Positions 4,934-18,800 of a DNA stretch of 33,464 nucleotides are shown here, piece after piece (the first letter of the stretch is position 1; each line of letters begins with the position of its first letter). The notes under the pieces were generated by a model. The model saw only the letters and a program-made list of their open reading frames with translations, ran no database searches and was not told the origin of the DNA. The stretch spans positions 1 to 33,464 of the IMG/VR virus record IMGVR_UViG_3300032218_003828; one strand, 5' to 3'. The stretch comes from a virus (Duplodnaviria; Caudoviricetes). The translations under genes and the position numbers were made by a program.

Positions 4934-6847
4934 ATGCCTTTTACAAAATTTACCAATTTAGACTTTGATCAAATTAAAACATCCATCAAGGATTATCTCC
5001 GTGCAAACTCCACATTCACGGACTTTGACTTTGAAGGGTCAAACTTTTCTGTCTTAATTGATACATTAGCATACAATACATATATCACAGCATTTAACTC
5101 AAACATGGTTGTGAATGAATCCTTTTTGGATTCTGCAACTCTTAGAGAAAATGTAGTTTCACTAGCAAGAAATATTGGATATGTACCACGTTCTAGAACG
5201 GCAGCAAAGGCACAGATATCTTTTGATGTTTTCACAGGTTCTAGCAGCAAAACAATGACCCTTCAGGCTGGTCTGGTGTGTGTAGGAACATCAAATGATA
5301 CTTCATATACTTTTTCAGTTCCTGAAAATATTTCCACAAAAGTTGTTGATGGAATAGCAAGTTTTGATAATATTAATGTATATCAAGGAACATTTTTAAC
5401 AAAACAATTTGTGGTGGATGGATCTTTGGATCAAAGATTTCTCCTAGACAATTCATATGTTGACACATCAACGATCGTTGTTTATGTGAAAGGAATTGCC
5501 GATACTGGTTTAGGTAGAGAATACTCTCTTGTAGATAATATTTTAAATATTGACTCTTCTTCTGAAATTTATTTACTTCAAGAAGTTCAGGATGAGAAAT
5601 ATCAACTTCTTTTTGGTGATGGATATTTTGGTAAAAAATTAGAAAATCAATCAGTAATCACCGTTACTTATATCGTAACAGATGGTAAAGATGGGAATGG
5701 TGCATCTAGATTTTCTTTTAGTGGAAGTTTAAGAGGTTCTTTAAAAGGTTCTTTAGATGAAATTATCGTTCCATCAAATACAGTTACAATAACTACAAAT
5801 CAATCATCACAAAATGGTGGAGATATAGAATCAATTGACTCTATTAAGTATTTTGCACCAAGAGTTTATGAATCTCAATATAGGGCTGTGACGGCAAGAG
5901 ATTATGAATCTATTATCAAAAAAATCTATCCAGATACTGAATCTGTTTCGGTTGTAGGAGGAGAAGAATTAGATCCTCCAGAATTTGGGAATGTAGTTAT
6001 TAGCATTAAACCAAAAAATGGTACATATGTGTCTGATTTTAATAAGTCTCAAATTCTATCAAAATTAAAGCAATATAGCCTTTCTGGTATTAATCAGAAA
6101 ATTATAGATCTCAAAATTCTTTATGTTGAGATTGATTCTTCAATTTACTATAATTCTTCTCAAACATCCGGAGTCAATTCTTTGAAAGAAAAGATTCAAA
6201 AATCATTATCAAATTATGCAAGTTCAGTTGATATGAATAAATTTGGAGGTAGATTTAAATATAGTAAAGTTTTGCAAGTAATTGACAATACTGATAATTC
6301 AATTACCTCTAATATTACAAAAATAAGAATTAGAAGAGATCTTAAACCACGTATAAATCAATTTGCCCAATATGAGTTGTGTTTTGGAAATAAATTTCAT
6401 ATTAATCCAGAAGGATTTAATATCAAATCTACAGGATTTAAAGTTTCTATAGATCCAGATACGGTATATTTGACTGATATTCCAAATAAAACATCTTCAG
6501 GTGATTTGGATGGTAGTGGAGAAGGAATTATATCAATTGTGAAAACTCTTTCTGATGGTACAAACAAAGTAGTCGTTAAATCTGCCGGAACAGTTAATTA
6601 TACAAAAGGTGAGATTAAATTAGGAACTATTAATATTATTTCAAATTCAATTATTGAAATTCAAGCATATCCAGAATCAAATGACGTTGTTGGATTGAAG
6701 GATTTATACTTGACATTTGATCTTTCAAAAAGTTCAATAAATATGGTGAGAGATGTTATTGCATCTGGTGATGATATATCTGGCATAGTATTTTCTAGAG
6801 ATTACTATACTTCAAGCTATTCAAACGGGGAACTAAAGAGGTTGTAA
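4934..6847 (+). CDS. gp6: Baseplate wedge subunit gp6
   Basis: LDFDQIK, DFDFEGS, LAYNT, ESFLDSATLRENVVSLARNIGYVP, FGDG, QYRAVTARDY motifs. Confidence 0.95.
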   Translation: MPFTKFTNLDFDQIKTSIKDYLRANSTFTDFDFEGSNFSVLIDTLAYNTYITAFNSNMVVNESFLDSATLRENVVSLARNIGYVPRSRTAAKAQISFDVFTGSSSKTMTLQAGLVCVGTSNDTSYTFSVPENISTKVVDGIASFDNINVYQGTFLTKQFVVDGSLDQRFLLDNSYVDTSTIVVYVKGIADTGLGREYSLVDNILNIDSSSEIYLLQEVQDEKYQLLFGDGYFGKKLENQSVITVTYIVTDGKDGNGASRFSFSGSLRGSLKGSLDEIIVPSNTVTITTNQSSQNGGDIESIDSIKYFAPRVYESQYRAVTARDYESIIKKIYPDTESVSVVGGEELDPPEFGNVVISIKPKNGTYVSDFNKSQILSKLKQYSLSGINQKIIDLKILYVEIDSSIYYNSSQTSGVNSLKEKIQKSLSNYASSVDMNKFGGRFKYSKVLQVIDNTDNSITSNITKIRIRRDLKPRINQFAQYELCFGNKFHINPEGFNIKSTGFKVSIDPDTVYLTDIPNKTSSGDLDGSGEGIISIVKTLSDGTNKVVVKSAGTVNYTKGEIKLGTINIISNSIIEIQAYPESNDVVGLKDLYLTFDLSKSSINMVRDVIASGDDISGIVFSRDYYTSSYSNGELKRL

Positions 6848-6848
6848 T

Positions 6849-9800
6849 ATGATACAGACTGGTTTTGAAACTAGGGTTAAAGTTCAGCAAATAATTGAAA
6901 ATCAACTTCCAGAATTTATACTTGATAAAAGTCCAAATGCTGCGGAATTTTTAAAGCAATATTATATTTCCCAAGAATATCAAGGTGGTCCCGTTGATAT
7001 TGCTGAAAATTTAGATCAATATTTAAAATTAGATAATTTAACTCCAGAAGTTATTGTAGATAGCGTTGGTCTCAGTACTTATATTGATTCAAATGCTGGA
7101 ATTATTACAGTAACAAGCACAAAAGGATTTCCCCAAAAATATGGATTATTTAAAGTTGATGATGAAATAATCAGTTATACTGGAATTACCACAAATACTT
7201 TTACTGGATGCATAAGAGGATTTAGTGGAATAACAACATATCATAGTATTTCAGATCCTCAAGAATTAGGATTTTCAACATCAAGGGCAGAATCTCATTC
7301 TAAAGGTGCATCTGTTCAAAATCTCAGTTCGTTATTTTTGAAAGAATTTTATAAAAAATTAAAGTATTCTTTAACGCCAGGATTAGAAGATGTTGATTTT
7401 GTTTCTGATTTAAATATAGGAAATTTTATAAAAGAAGCAAGATCATTTTATAAGGCAAAGGGAACAGATGAATCATTTAGAATACTGTTTGATGTTCTTT
7501 ATGGTGTAAAACCAAAAGTTGTAAATTTAGAAAATTTACTTATAAAACCTTCTTCAGCAGAATATATAAGAAGAGAAGTTGTTGTTGCTGAAGCAATTTC
7601 GGGAAATCCAACAAAATTGGTTGGGCAATCCATCCAGAAATCTTCAGATCCCAATACTTATGCCGCAGTTTCTGAAGTTGAATTATTTACGGAAAATAAT
7701 AAAACATATTATAAAATTTCACTTTTTATTGGATATGACGAATCTTCAGATATTCAGGGCACATTTAACTTACCAGGCAAAAGTTTAGTAGCTGAAAACG
7801 TTTCTATCGGATCTTCGGTCATTACAGTAGATTCTACCATCGGATTTGCAAAAACTGGAAATTTAATTTCTGGAGATAATATTATCTCATATAAGGATAA
7901 AAGTGTTAATCAATTTTTTGGATGTTCTGGGGTAAATAATACAATTTCAATTGCTGATCCAATTCGAACCGATGATATTGTTTATGGATATGAAGATGGC
8001 GATCTTTCAAAAAAGGTAGAATTAAGATTTACTGGTGTAATTTCTCAATTTATTTCTCTATCTGAAATTTTTTCTAGTGAAGAAGGTGAGCAACTTTATG
8101 TTAAAAATCTTGGAGAACTAATTAAAAATCCATCATCTAACAAATCATATAAAGAAATATTTGCAAATAGTTGGATATACAATACAAGTTCAAGATATAA
8201 AATAGATTCTATTTCGGGATCTTCTTTAAAACTTTCAAGTTTAATTGATAAATCAAGTTTAAAAGTTGGTGACAATGTAGAAATTTTACTTAGAGATACT
8301 CAAACAGTAGTATCTTCTTCGACTTATATTCCTTATATTTTAAATGTAAATAAAACGACCAATCAAGTTGATTTGGGAAACTTATTGGAGTTTTCTTATA
8401 ATCCATTATTGGAGTATGATCTTAGGAGAAAATTAAATAAAGCAACAAGTTCTGGAGCTCAATTACAATTTGGAAATAATATTTTAACATCTGATGTTCA
8501 AAATGTGTATAATGAATTTGATGAACATATGTATGTTGCATCAAATTCATTACCATCATATACAATTACAAAAAATTTATTTGAAATATCCATATCAGAT
8601 GCAACTTATCCAAAGATACAGGGATTTGATAATTTAACACAAAAATATTCAATAATTTCATTTGCATCAAATGTCCCATTCATTACTGGAGATGAAATTT
8701 ATTATTCGGCAGAATCTACAGAAATTCCCGGATTAGAAAGTGGAGTTTATTATGTTGAGGTTATTGCACAAAATCAAATTAGATTGTATAGATCAAGATC
8801 ATTCATTGGTAGTAGTTATGATTCGTTATCGACTACTAGACCATATGTACAATTTGATATTCTAGATTCAAATTCTGGATCACATTATTTTACATTAAAT
8901 AGTCAGAAGAATAAATCTATTTCAGCAAGTAAGATATTAAAAAAATTTCCATTATCACCTAATCTTGCAAGTGGGACAGGGGAATTAACTCAACCTGGAT
9001 TTGTTGGCATGTTAATTAATGGTGTAGAAATAAGTAACTACAAATCAAATGATAAGATTTATTATGGACCGATTGACTCAATAAAAATTTTAAATGGTGG
9101 AAGTGGATATGATGTTATTAATTTACCACAAATATCAATAACAAGTGAAACTGGTAATAATGCCTTAATACAACCAGTAATTAGAGGTTCGGTAGAGAAA
9201 ATATTTGTAGATCCTCAGGATTTTGATATAAATTCTGTAGTATCAATTGCACTTACTGGTGGAAATGGTAGTGGAGCAGTATTCGAACCCGTTATCGTAA
9301 AGAGAATAAGAGAACTTTCTTTTGATGGAAGGCAATCTACCAACTTCGGTGGAATTAATATTACTGATGAAACTATTACTTTCACTACAAATCATAATCT
9401 AAGAAGCGGAGATTCGATAACATATGATGCTAATGGAAATTCACCAATTGGCATAGGAACATATAAAAGTTCAAATTCTGATACGGGAATTACACTATTA
9501 GATAAATCAAATTATTATTGCAATGTAATTAATAGCAATACAATTCAATTGTATAATAATATCTCTGATTTAAATTTGGGTATTAATACTATAGGATTTA
9601 CAACAGTAAATACTGGGGGAATTCATAAATTTAGAACAGAATACAACAAGAGTACTTTAAAAGAAATTGAAATTATTAATCCAGGTAGTGGATATGAAAA
9701 TAGAAAACTAATCGTAAATCCAATAGGTATATCAACAGAATTTGATACTATCAATTTTAAAGGGCATGGATTTAAAGATGGTGATTTGATTGTATATAAT

Positions 9801-12800
9801 TATCAAAATCAAATCGTATCTGGTCTTTCTACTAATAATCAGTATTGTGTTTTAAAAGTAACTGATGATTCGTTTAGATTATGTAATGCAGGATCTGGTG
9901 GAACAATTACATCATACTATCAAAGAAAAGATTATATAAAACTCCAATCATCTGGATCTGGATATCAGTATTTTAGTTATCCACCAATTTCACTATATGT
10001 TAACTATACTTCAGTTGGACTTGGAACAACATCGCAAAGTGTTGGAGTTATTACATCAACCCCGATTATTAGAGGACAAATCGTTGATGCCTATCTTTAT
10101 GAAAATGGAACAGATTATGGATCAACAATTTTAAATCATCACAAAAAACCGATTATTACCATAAAAACTGGTGTTAATGCTCAAATGAGTCCAATTGTCG
10201 TTGATGGTGCAATACAAAGCGTTTTTGTCCAATATGGTGGAATTGAATATTATTCAATTCCAGATTTAATCATAAAAGGTGATGGTACAGGAGCATCTTT
10301 AAGACCGGTAATTAATAATGGTACAATAACAAGCGTAATAGTTGTTAATCCTGGAGTAGGATATGCACAATCAACGACTTCTATATCAGTAGTTCCATCT
10401 GGAATTAATGCCATTTTAGATTCTAATGTTAGATCTTTAACGGTCAATAAGAATGCCAAATATGGTGATGAAGTTATTTCAGAGTCTGGAGACAATTTGG
10501 AATATTCTGTTTCTGGATATGCACCAATTGTTAAAGGATATTTTAACGATCCTGACTCAATCACTGGACATTCACCAATCATTGGTTGGGCATATGATGG
10601 AAATCCCATCTATGGTCCTTATGGATACTCAGATCCACAAGACAAATATTCATCTATTAAAGTTTTAAATACTGGATATACATCAAATTTATCAAATATT
10701 ACCAATAGACCATCTGGATTTAATTTAGGATTTTTTATTGAAGATTATACTTATACAAATACTGGAGATTTAGACAGAAGTAATGGAAGATATTGTAAAA
10801 CACCAGAGTTTGAAAATGGAGTATATGCATATTTTGCAACAATAAATTCAAGCAATACTGGAATTACATCTTTCCCATATTTTATTGGAAACACATATAG
10901 ATCAAATTATGTAAGTGATAATTTACTCATAAATCAATCATTTGATTTTAATAATTCAAATTTGATTAGAAATACTTTACCATACAAAGTTAATGACAAC
11001 TATGCCGGTAATGATTTTATTATAGAATCAAATGAATTAGTACAACAAACATCAATTGTAGAATCTGTAACAAAGTCTTCAATTGAGGATTTTGATATTA
11101 TTGAAAGTGGATATAATTATAAAATTAATGATACATTAGAATTTGATAGTACTGATACTGGTGGAGGGGGATTAAATGCTATTGTTTCCTCTATTACCGG
11201 AAGTGGAATATCTTCAATTAATACAAATATAGATACATATCAAAATTCACTATTTACTTGGAAAGATGAAAATACTATAGAAGTAACTATATCACCAAGT
11301 CATTCACTCTCAGATGGAGATAATGTTGTTATTTCGGGATTAACATCATCGTTAAGCCAATCTAATAAATTAGTACAAATTGGTGTCACGTCCTATACAT
11401 CAACAGTTTATCGAGATATACCATCAAATTCCGTTACTGGAATAATCACCGATATCTATGTAAGTCAAATTCCAGATAAAGTTTCTATTGGAAGCAGTAT
11501 AATAATAGAATCTGAAATTTTATCCATACTCAATATATTTCCTAACGAAGAAATAATTAGAGTTAAAAGAAACGTTGGAGCAGCACATAGTACCACAACA
11601 AGTATTGGGTTTATTCCAGATACATTTACATTTAAAGCAAATTCAAATTATTTTAAATCTATACGGAATGATAAAGTATTTTTTAATCCTACAGAAAATG
11701 TGGGATTGGGTACAAGTGTTGGAGTTAGCACTTCTAGAGTATTTTCTTTAGGAATAACAACGGTTGGTGTTGCGACTTACGTTAGATCTATTCCAACTCA
11801 GTCAATTTATATTGAAAATCATCCATTCAAAGATAATCAACAAGTTATTCTTACAATACCAAATTCATCTTTTCCATTTTCAATTTCAACTTCAACTTCC
11901 GGAATTGCATTTAATATGCCAGCATCGGGAGTTACCACATCAGTTTATGTAACCAATAAATCGAGAAATACAATCGGAATTAAAACTACATTATCTTCCT
12001 CAGAAGTTTTCTTTGTTGGTATTAATTCAAATAGTTATGAATATTCAATAGAAAGTAATTTTGATCAGTTAAGGGCAAAGGTAGAAAAAATTAATGCAAC
12101 AGTTTCGGTTTCTACTGCACACAATTTAACTAATGGTGACTTAATTAATTTAAATATTCAACCAAATCTTTCAGTTGGTATTGGAACTTCAACTTCAATT
12201 TATGTGAAATATAATTCTTCTAAACAAAAACTATTAATTAATCCGATAGGATTTAGTTCTGGTGGAATTAATACCTCAAAAAATACTATTACTATTAGTA
12301 ATCATAATTTAAATACTGGAGATAAAGTATTTTATTCTGCAACAGATTTAATTGCTAGTGGTCTTTCTACCGGATCATATTTTGTATATAAAGTTGATAG
12401 TGATAATATCAAATTATCATCAACATATATTGATTGTAAAAATGATCCACCAATAGTCGTAAGTATTGCATCAAGTGGTGGACAAAATCAAAATATTAGT
12501 GCCATTAATCCAAAAATAGAAGTTGCAAAAAATAATAACTTAGTGTTTAATTTAACAGATTCTTCACTATATGGATATAAATTTAAAATATTTTATGATA
12601 ATGAGTTTAATGATGAATTTATATCTACAGGATCAACAAGTTCATTTTCCGTAATTGGTGTTGGTACTGCTGGTATTTCTACCAATGCATCCTTAACTTT
12701 AAATTATTCTGATGGATTTTCACAAACTTTATTTTATAGTTTAGAAAAATCTGGTTATATCAGCACATCAGATACGGATGTTGCAAATTATTCAAAAATA

Positions 12801-15800
12801 AGTTTTGTAGATAGCGTTTATAACGGAACATATTCCATATCTGGAGTAGGATCAACAACATTTAACATTTCTTTAAAACAAAAACCAGAAAAATCTTCAT
12901 ACAATCAGTCAGAATGCGATATTTTAGAATATTCTACAACATCTTTAACTGCAAAAGGTGGAATTCATAAGATTAAAAAATTAAATACTGGTAATAATTA
13001 CAAAAAATTGCCAATATTTATTGGAGTCGATTCTTCTGAAGGTAGTGGATCTTATATTGTTGCAAAATCCAATGGAATTGGAAAAATCAAAGATGTTAGA
13101 ATTTTAAATCCAGGATTTGAATATGCTTCAGATAAAACATTAAGTCCATCTGCATATGTTTCTCCACTTATTACAATTAAATCTTCATACAATATTTTAA
13201 ATGTTGAAATTGTAAATGGAGGAAGGAATTATAATTTTGCACCAAATCTTACGATTATCAACTCTATAACAAGAGAAAATATTAATAATGGCATTTTAGA
13301 AGCAGTACTGGGAAATAATAGCATCATATCTGTTAATATTATAGAACCGCCAACAGGTATTCCTTCAGATGATATTGAGATTATATCAACCAATAATTCA
13401 AACGGAACTTCTATTAATAAAGTTTATGCTTCTGGAATTGGCATCGTTACATGTTATTTGACAACTCCTACATTGGGATTTAGTACATCACCATTTAGTG
13501 TTGGAGATAAAATTTATGTAGAAGGAATTGAAAATTATAGTTCTGGAAAAGGATATAACTCCGAAAATTATGGTTACTCATTCTTTACAGTAACAAAATT
13601 TGAAAACACCACTCCAGCAAAATTGGAGTATAACATTTCTGGATTGACAACCTCCAGTCCGGGAATAGCAAAAACAGAACAAAACTCCTTAGCATCAATT
13701 ATCAAATTTACAGACTATCCGCAATTTAATATTACTAAATCATTTTCGGATTTTAAAATAGGAGAAAAACTTTCTTCATATGATGGAATTAAATTTGTTG
13801 AAAGAGATTTAATTGTCACAAATTATAATAAATCAACCATTAAAGTATATGGGTCATATGATCTAAATGGCAATGAAATAATTAAGGGATCTAAATCTGG
13901 AGCAATTGCATCTGTTTCTGGAATTAAATATAATATTGGAAAATTTAGTACCAATTATTCTATTAGAAAAGATTGTGGTTGGAACAATGATATTGGAAAA
14001 TTAAATGAAGATTATCAAGTAATTGAAGATAATGACTATTATCAAAATCTTTCATATACTGTAAAAAGTCCTATTGATTATGAAACTTTAATAACTCCAG
14101 TTAATAGACTTGTTCATACGAGTGGATTTAAAAATTTTGCAGATACGCAAATAGAATATAAAGTCAATTCTGGAATAAAAACTTCTATTGATGAAAGTAT
14201 TCAAATATTGAATTTAATAGATGAAAATAGAATTGATACTATTAATAATTTTGATCTATGCAGAGATGTTGATTCATCTTCAAATAAAACAAAATATATT
14301 AATTTTAAATACAAAAAACTTTCAGACTATATTGAATGTAGTTCAAATAGAGTTCTCTTAATAGATGATATAAGTTCACAATTTTCAAATATTGGGCAGG
14401 AAAATTCGGATCAAAATAATTTAATTCAAATTTTACCATCCGATGGATATAATCGATATTTGGTTCAAATTAATGATGTTGAAAAAACTCAATATCAAAT
14501 AAGTGAGGTAGTTATCTTAAACAATAGCACAGACTTATATACTTTGGAGAAAGGATATATTAACAATTTAGGGATAGGTACATATAGTGAATTTGAATCC
14601 GAAAGGATTGGTGAAATAATTGGATATACTGATAAAGAAAATAATAAATTTTTGAGGTTTAATCCTGTAGATTTTTACAATAAAGATTATAACATAAAAG
14701 TTATTAATAATAAATTTATAAACGACTTATCGGGAATAGGAACTAAAAGTATTGGATTAATTAATTTAATATCATCAAATATAAGTGTTCCGATTGGATT
14801 AACTTCATCAATAGTCTCAGTTGCATCCACATATTACAATTCATTGTATTTTAATTTACATATTAGAGATGATTCAAATTATAAATCAAATTATGTTGAG
14901 ATTTATTTGCGTCATGATGGGGCAGATAGTTATCTATCCCAATATTATATTGATTCGGAACCAGAAAATAATGTATCCTATGGAGTTATAGGATCTTTTG
15001 GATCATCACTCTCTAGTGGAATATTATCTCTCAATTTTACAAATACTTCAACTAATCAAGTTACTGTTAGATCCAGAATCGTTGGATTTGGATCTACATC
15101 TGCTGGAATAGGAACCTATAGGTATAATACTTTCGGACAAATTGAAGGTACAGAACTAACAGCAATTTATGAATCCAATTACTCAAAAAATTCTGGAATA
15201 TCTACAATAGCATCTATATCTAAGAGTTTTGCAACTCTCAAATCAATAGTTGATGTGAGCATTGGAAATACTAGCGCATTGCACCAAGTTCTTTTAGTTA
15301 ACGACGGAACTAATCTTGCAGTAAAACAATATCCATTTTTATCAATTGGCAGCACTAGTGGAATTGGTACTTTTGGTGGTGAATATTCGGGTTCAAATTT
15401 TGTGTTGAAATTTTATCCAGATCCACAAATAACGGGAATTGTTAATATATCATCATATAATGAAGAAATATATTCGGATTATGACATTGTTAATGTCCCA
15501 TCAAATCTGAATTATGGATTGATCTCAGAATCATTAAGTGTTTTTGAATATGCGGGTATTAATGGAAATAGAATTAATAGGACTTCTTTTGATCTAAATT
15601 ATCAGGGATATCCAATATTTAAAAAGACCTTTAATCCGTCTAATTCATCAATATTAGATCCAACAACTGGAATTTTTACAATTAAAAATCACTTTTTTAA
15701 TACTGGAGAGGAATTAATTTATAATCCAAAATCCACATTTGTTGGTGTTGGAACAAGTGCAATTGGAATTGGTGCTACTGAAAATTATGCAGGAATTGTA

Positions 15801-18800
15801 ACTAATTTATTACCTTCTAAAGTATATCCAATCAAAATAACTGAAGATACATTTAGATTATCTACAAAATCAAGTTATGCTTCAGCAGGAATCTATGTAA
15901 CATTTACATCCTATGGATTGGGAAATGCTCATGAATTAGAAATGACAAAGAAACTTGAAAAATCTATTATAACACTAGACAGTCTTGTTCAATATCCAAT
16001 AGCATATACCACTATAAATTATAATCTTTATAATAATGGAGGACAAATAGGAACAGGATCAACTATTTTTTCGATTAATGGAATAACCTCTATCAGATCT
16101 GGGGACATATTGCGAATTGATGATGAGTATATGAATGTTCTAAATGTTGGATTTGGGACAACAACTATTGGGCCAATTAGTGGAATTGGAACTACGTCTC
16201 TAGTGCAAGTAACAAGAGCTTTTGTTGGATCTTCACTAACTTCACATAAAGATTCAACATCAGTTAAAATTTATAGGGGATCTTATAATATTTCCGGAAA
16301 TAAAGTTTATTTTACAAATCCACCAACTGGAGATCGTAGATCTCTTAGGGATTCTAGCAATCTTACTCCACCAAAATCTTCATTTGATGGTAGAGTATAT
16401 CTTAGAAAGAGTTATAGTACCAATCAACTTTATGATAATATTTCGGATAAATTTACTGGAATTGGTAAAACTTATACTTTGTCTATTGATGGTTCAAATG
16501 CTGTTGGATTGGGTACTAGTGGTGGAAATGGAATATTATTCATAAACAACGTTTTCCAAAAACCCACTACTTTGAATAACAGTTCAAATAATTATAATAT
16601 AGTAGAAAATGCTGGCATAAGTAGTGTTATATTTTCTGGGATAACTACTGTAAAAGGTTCTGGATTAGAATTTATTTCTAATGATGATGTCAATAAAAAT
16701 AGCCTTCCTAGAGGAGGACTTATCATTTCTCTCGGATCTACTGGTGGTTTGGGATATGCACCTTTAGTTGGAGCATCAGTAACTGCCATACTTAATGCAT
16801 CTGGATCTATCATTGGAATTGGAACTACTAGTAATTTTGGATCTGGATATTATGGAACAGTTTCTATTGGAATAACTGACCCAAATAAGGTTGGAACTAA
16901 CAATGCCTCCATTAATGCAGTTGTTGGTGCTGGAGGAAGTTTAATTTTCAGTATTGCTGCAGGAGGAACTGGATATGTAAATCCTACCATTCAAATTCCA
17001 TCTCCAAGTTATGAAAATCTCCCACTTATTGGAGTTTCTAGAATTGGAATTGGATCCACAACTCAAACTGGAGTAGGACTTTTGATAAATGTAGAAGTTG
17101 GTGCAAGTTCTACAACAGGAATTGGATCTACACTTTTTGAAGTCAGTTCATTTAAGGTTCAAAGATCTGGATATGGATATAAATCTGGAGACATAATAAC
17201 TCCTGTTGGATTAGTTACTTCAAGAGGACTTTCTTCTCCACTATCCCAATTCCAATTGAAAGTTCTTGACACCTTTACAGATTCATTTGCTGCTTGGCAA
17301 TTTGGAGAATTGGATTATATAGATTCTATCGCAAATTTACAAGATGGTTCTAGAACTACATTTCCCCTTTATTACAATTCTTCATTATTAAGTTTTGAAC
17401 TTGGATCTTCTTCACCAATAGACTTCAATTCACTTTTATTGATATTCATGAATGGAGTATTACAAAAACCTGGAGATTCTTATATTTTTGAGGGTGGATC
17501 AACATTTAGATTTTTAAATCCACCAAAAGTAGAAGATCAAATTGGAATATTTTTCTATAGAGGAACTAGAGAGGTTGATAGTAAATTAATAACAGATAGA
17601 GTTGAATCTATTAAATCTGGCGATATTGTTCAATTAAGAAAAAATAATACCATTCCTAGCACAATTAATCAAAATTTGAGAACTGCATTTAACATACTTG
17701 GATCTGATAAAATTGAAACAAATTTATATGTTGATCAAGGAATTGACACTATTAACTATAAGCCTTTGAGTTATACAAAACAAAAAATTGACCAAAAGAT
17801 TAATGGTCAAGTAACATATAAATCCAGAGATTCAATTGAATCCGAAGTATACCCAACTTCAAAAATTATTGCAGATTTTTCAACTACTAGCAATGAAATT
17901 TTTGTAGATGATGCATATTTCTTTAATTATGAAGAAAACGAATCACCAACACCTATTGATACTGTAGGTGCATTGATTGTTTCTGGATCTCCAGATAATG
18001 TGTCTGCTGCTGCTACTGCGATAGTTTCTCAAAGCACTACACAGATTCAATATCTTGGCATTACTTCTTCCGGAAGTTATTACTTAACCCCAACTATTAC
18101 AAATTTACATCCTAGAAGTGAAAATTTTTCCTACTGGAAAGTAAATAATACAGCAGTTTGTGGTTTAACTACAAATTCCACAACATCGCCAGATGGAGCG
18201 TTGACTGCAGGAAATTTTTATTGCAAAACTACATCTAATGCTCAGAGAAGACTTTATTTTACTACAAGCATTACTACAATTAGTGGAACAAATTATACTT
18301 ATACAATATATTTAAAATCTAATGGATGGCAATATGTATGCATTAGTTTAAGTCAGGGACTTAATGTATCTCCAGAAAGTGGAGCAGCAAGATTTGATCT
18401 TATTAATGGTTATGTTAGTTCGACTATTTCAGGATCTGCATCAATCATAAATGCTGGAAATGGTTGGTGGAGAATTTCTGTTACTACAACAGCAAATACA
18501 ATCACTACAATGCAACCAAAGGTTATTTTGGTAAATTCAACTGGTACTTCTGGATCAACTGCAACAGGAACTATTAATGCTGGTGTCTATGTTTGGGGTG
18601 CACAGTTGGAAGAAAAAACATCTTCTAGTGCTTACATTCCTACTAGCACATCTTCTCAATCTGGATCTTCAATACCAATAAGCATAACCTCACCAAATTC
18701 AGTTGGAGTTGGAATAGGTACTACAGCAACTGCAATCGGAAGTATTGTTAATGGACAATTAACTAAAGCACTTTTAACAAATCCCGGATTAGGATATACT

